Below, piece after piece: positions 36,611 to 39,272 of a DNA stretch of 39,272 nt. Position numbers and translations under genes: made by a program. A model generated the notes under the pieces. That model worked only from the letters and a program-made list of their open reading frames with translations. It was not told the origin of the DNA and searched no databases. The first letter of the stretch is position 1. Each line of letters starts with the position of its first letter. The stretch is taken from the IMG/VR virus record IMGVR_UViG_3300032272_000001, positions 1 through 39,272 of that record. One strand, 5' to 3'. Source of the DNA: a virus. Its lineage: Duplodnaviria > Heunggongvirae > Uroviricota > Caudoviricetes.

Positions 36611-38310
36611 TGATATTTTTCAAAAAAATAGAATTTAAGAATTTTTTAAGTACGGGCAACAATCCAATATCAATAACATTGAATGAATATAATGCTACTA
36701 TCGTATCAGGAAACAATGGTACAGGAAAATCCATCATGATGGATGCTCTTTGTTTTGTTTTATATAATAAATCATACCGTAAAATCAAAAAACCACAGCT
36801 AGTCAATTCTGTTAATAAAAAAGATTGTTTGGTTACTATTGATTTTACTGTTGGTACAATAAACTATAAAATCAAACGTGGCATCAAACCAGCAATTTTT
36901 GAAATATATAAAAATGATGTTCTTGTTGATCAAGATGCAGCAAATAGAGATTATCAAAAACATCTTGAAAATGATGTTCTGAAGATGAATTATAAAACAT
37001 TCTGTCAAATAGTTCTTCTTGGTACTGCTAATTGGACGCCATTTATGAAGCTAACGCCAGCAGACCGGCGCGCTGTTATTGAAGATCTTCTTGACATTGA
37101 AATTTTTTCAACAATGAATGGTCTTAGAAAAGAGATGTACAGGAAGAATCAGCAAGAAATTGCTGACATAGAAACAAAAAATGCTATGCTTCAGCAGGCT
37201 ATCGATATAAACGAAGAAAATGTTAAAAAAGCTAATGATAATAACGATAAAGCAATCGAACGGTTAGAAAATGCTTTAGACAAAGAAAACGATAAACTAA
37301 TAATTTCTTTGAATGCTCTCAAAATAGAAGAAGCCACACTTGATAATGTGGTTAAATCTTTAAGCAAACTTGAAGGCGTGTTAAACACTTATCACAAAAC
37401 CATTGATGTCAGAAAAAAACTCGTTGAAGACATTGAAGATATTGGCAAAGAAATTTCTTTTTATGAAATTACAAAATCATGCGCATCATGTGGACAGAAT
37501 ATAGATGAAGATTTTGCTAATAGAAAAATTAAAGAGTTGGAATTACTGATCGATCAACAAGACAAAATAGTTCTTGAATGTAGCGATAAGATTGATAAAT
37601 TACAAAAATATGTAGACGCATCAGAAAAATTAGATAATGCTCGCGATAAATGTTTGAATAATATTGATGATATCGTAGATGTTAAAAAAGTATCTGAAAA
37701 TGGCATTAAAGCATTATCAGATAGAATTTCTGAATTAAAACAACCAATCAAATATGATGATATTACTGAAAAAACTAAAGAGCTAAAAGTAAATAAAAAG
37801 AAACTGGACGAACTTTCAATAAATAAAGAAAATTTATCTATTGTTGAAACTCTTTTAAAAGATGACGGAATTAAGGCGAAAATCGTAAAAGAATATGTTC
37901 CTCTGATTAATCAAATGGTTAACAAATATCTTTCTGATATGGGTATGTTTGTTAAATTTACTTTAGATGAACAATTCAATGAAACTATCAAGGCCCAGCA
38001 TAAAGAGTCGTATAGCTATGAATCGTTCTCCCAAGGCGAACAGATGCGTATTAATCTCGCATTTCTGTTTACTTGGCGGGAAATTGCAAGACAGCGTAAC
38101 AGCACATCTTGCAATTTCCTACTCCTTGATGAAGTCATGGACAGTTCTATGGATGTTTCTGGTGTAGATGAATTTTTAGATCTAATTTTTATGTTGACAA
38201 CCGATAATAACATCTATATTATATCTCATAATAGCCATATGCCAGATAGGTTTGATCGGGCACTCATGGTAGAGAAGAAAAACAATTTTACTAGGATAAA
38301 TCATGTCTAA
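36610..38310 (+). CDS. gp46: Recombination ATPase gp46 (Rad50/SbcC-like)
   Basis: Walker A GNNGTGKS, zinc hook CASC, signature FSQGE, Walker B LLLDE, ISH. Confidence 0.96.
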   Translation: MIFFKKIEFKNFLSTGNNPISITLNEYNATIVSGNNGTGKSIMMDALCFVLYNKSYRKIKKPQLVNSVNKKDCLVTIDFTVGTINYKIKRGIKPAIFEIYKNDVLVDQDAANRDYQKHLENDVLKMNYKTFCQIVLLGTANWTPFMKLTPADRRAVIEDLLDIEIFSTMNGLRKEMYRKNQQEIADIETKNAMLQQAIDINEENVKKANDNNDKAIERLENALDKENDKLIISLNALKIEEATLDNVVKSLSKLEGVLNTYHKTIDVRKKLVEDIEDIGKEISFYEITKSCASCGQNIDEDFANRKIKELELLIDQQDKIVLECSDKIDKLQKYVDASEKLDNARDKCLNNIDDIVDVKKVSENGIKALSDRISELKQPIKYDDITEKTKELKVNKKKLDELSINKENLSIVETLLKDDGIKAKIVKEYVPLINQMVNKYLSDMGMFVKFTLDEQFNETIKAQHKESYSYESFSQGEQMRINLAFLFTWREIARQRNSTSCNFLLLDEVMDSSMDVSGVDEFLDLIFMLTTDNNIYIISHNSHMPDRFDRALMVEKKNNFTRINHV

Positions 38311-38510
38311 GCATCAAAAAGGAATATATACCAATAATAATGGTATGAAAGTACAAATACCATATGGTGATATAGATGGCAGCAAGTTCTATATTATAGA
38401 TTAAGAACAAAATTTTTTACATGATGTCTTGGGAACAATCCAAGCGTGGTGGTCATCACATTTTTAGGGTAAAAAATGAAAAAAATATTGGCATAGAAAT
38501 CGTAACATGA
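38303..38510 (+). pseudogene. Small gene split by a single extra base
   Basis: 33-aa ORF stops at 38404; the +1 frame continues to TGA 38510, overlapping the next ATG. Confidence 0.4.
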
Positions 38511-38734
38511 CTTTTTTTTCTAACTCTTTGAGTGGCTTGGAAATGATGAGTCCACATCTAAGTATGCCATGGCAAAGATATCGTATTGATTATGTTTCTA
38601 AAACTTGGTGGCAGGTACAGGGAAGAAAGCATTTTGCAAAACAAAGCAAAGTTATTAGAGATTCATGGAAAGTAGGAAACTATGGCCATAATCATTATGA
38701 TAATAAACCATTTAGAATTATTGAAAGGCGTTAA
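38507..38734 (+). CDS. Hypothetical protein
   Basis: 75 aa, coupled to def. Confidence 0.55.
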   Translation: MTFFSNSLSGLEMMSPHLSMPWQRYRIDYVSKTWWQVQGRKHFAKQSKVIRDSWKVGNYGHNHYDNKPFRIIERR

Positions 38735-39264
38735 TGACTGATAATGAAGAAGCGCAACCAAATCTTGCGCGTGAGTTAGTACCAAACATAGACCCTATCT
38801 TATCTGAAGTGATGCCGAAATTTGATTTTTTAGCACCTTCTATAGATCCAACAGAACTTGCGCATATTCTTGCTCAATCATGTCTTAAACATGATGGTTT
38901 AGGTTTGTCTTCCAATCAGATTGGTCTAAGACAACGAGCATTTATAATTAAAGCAAATCCAATGATTTGTATGATAAATCCAAATATTGTTTCTTCATCT
39001 GATGGTATGACAACAGATGAAGAAGGTTGTCTTTCATATCCAAATCTTCTTCTAAAGAAGAAAAGATATAATGTGATTCGTGTTAGATACGCAACACCTA
39101 ATGGCGATATACAAACAGAAAAATTTGAACGATTAACCGCAAGAATAATACAACATGAAATGGACCATCTTAATGGTATTTTGTTCACTGATGGTGTTTC
39201 AAGAATTAAATTGGAAATGGCAATGAAGAAAAAACTTAAATTGGAAAAATTATATGGAAAATAA
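38734..39264 (+). CDS. def: Peptide deformylase
   Basis: GLGLSSNQIG, EGCLS, QHEMDHL. Confidence 0.95.
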   Translation: MTDNEEAQPNLARELVPNIDPILSEVMPKFDFLAPSIDPTELAHILAQSCLKHDGLGLSSNQIGLRQRAFIIKANPMICMINPNIVSSSDGMTTDEEGCLSYPNLLLKKKRYNVIRVRYATPNGDIQTEKFERLTARIIQHEMDHLNGILFTDGVSRIKLEMAMKKKLKLEKLYGK

Positions 39265-39272
39265 TGAAATTG

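Noticed and set aside
1-39272. Alternative genetic code or stop-codon reassignment
   Set aside because: Core genes are full length in the standard code, and TAA, TAG and TGA all end genes
39264-39272. Start of the next gene (ATG AAA TTG), possibly sliding clamp gp45 by synteny
   Set aside because: Only three codons are visible, which cannot support a call

Overview
AT-rich window from a large T4-like myophage. The host cannot be determined from the sequence. The core gene order is gp13-14-15-16-17-18-19-20-(67)-21-22-23 ... gp3-uvsY-uvsW ... gp55-47-46 ... def, the layout typical of cyanophage/pelagiphage/phiM12-type T4-like phages. TATAAATA late promoters and several hairpins punctuate the region. 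Accessory content: (i) a left-end cluster of tailoring enzymes (carbamoyltransferase C-terminus, SGNH-like protein, radical SAM, GNAT, Asp/Asn beta-hydroxylase-like 2OG-Fe enzyme, SAM methyltransferase); (ii) two tandem 3TM-holin-like genes plus a small membrane ORF missed by the ORF track; (iii) an inverted early-type cassette whose leader folds into a GC-rich four-way-junction RNA; (iv) a 362-aa LAGLIDADG intein in the terminase nuclease site; (v) two inserted fibre/decoration modules in the head cluster, one with a collagen protein and paralogues, the other with a 19x21-aa acidic repeat protein; (vi) back-to-back sigma70 promoters, one of which points into ORF-less DNA. The leading hypothesis (inference) is a virion surface-modification system: small-residue-Asn-Thr/Val motifs are enriched in exposed parts of the virion proteins, and part of the tailoring cluster appears to be late-expressed. 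All family assignments come from motif recognition and synteny, not database searches.
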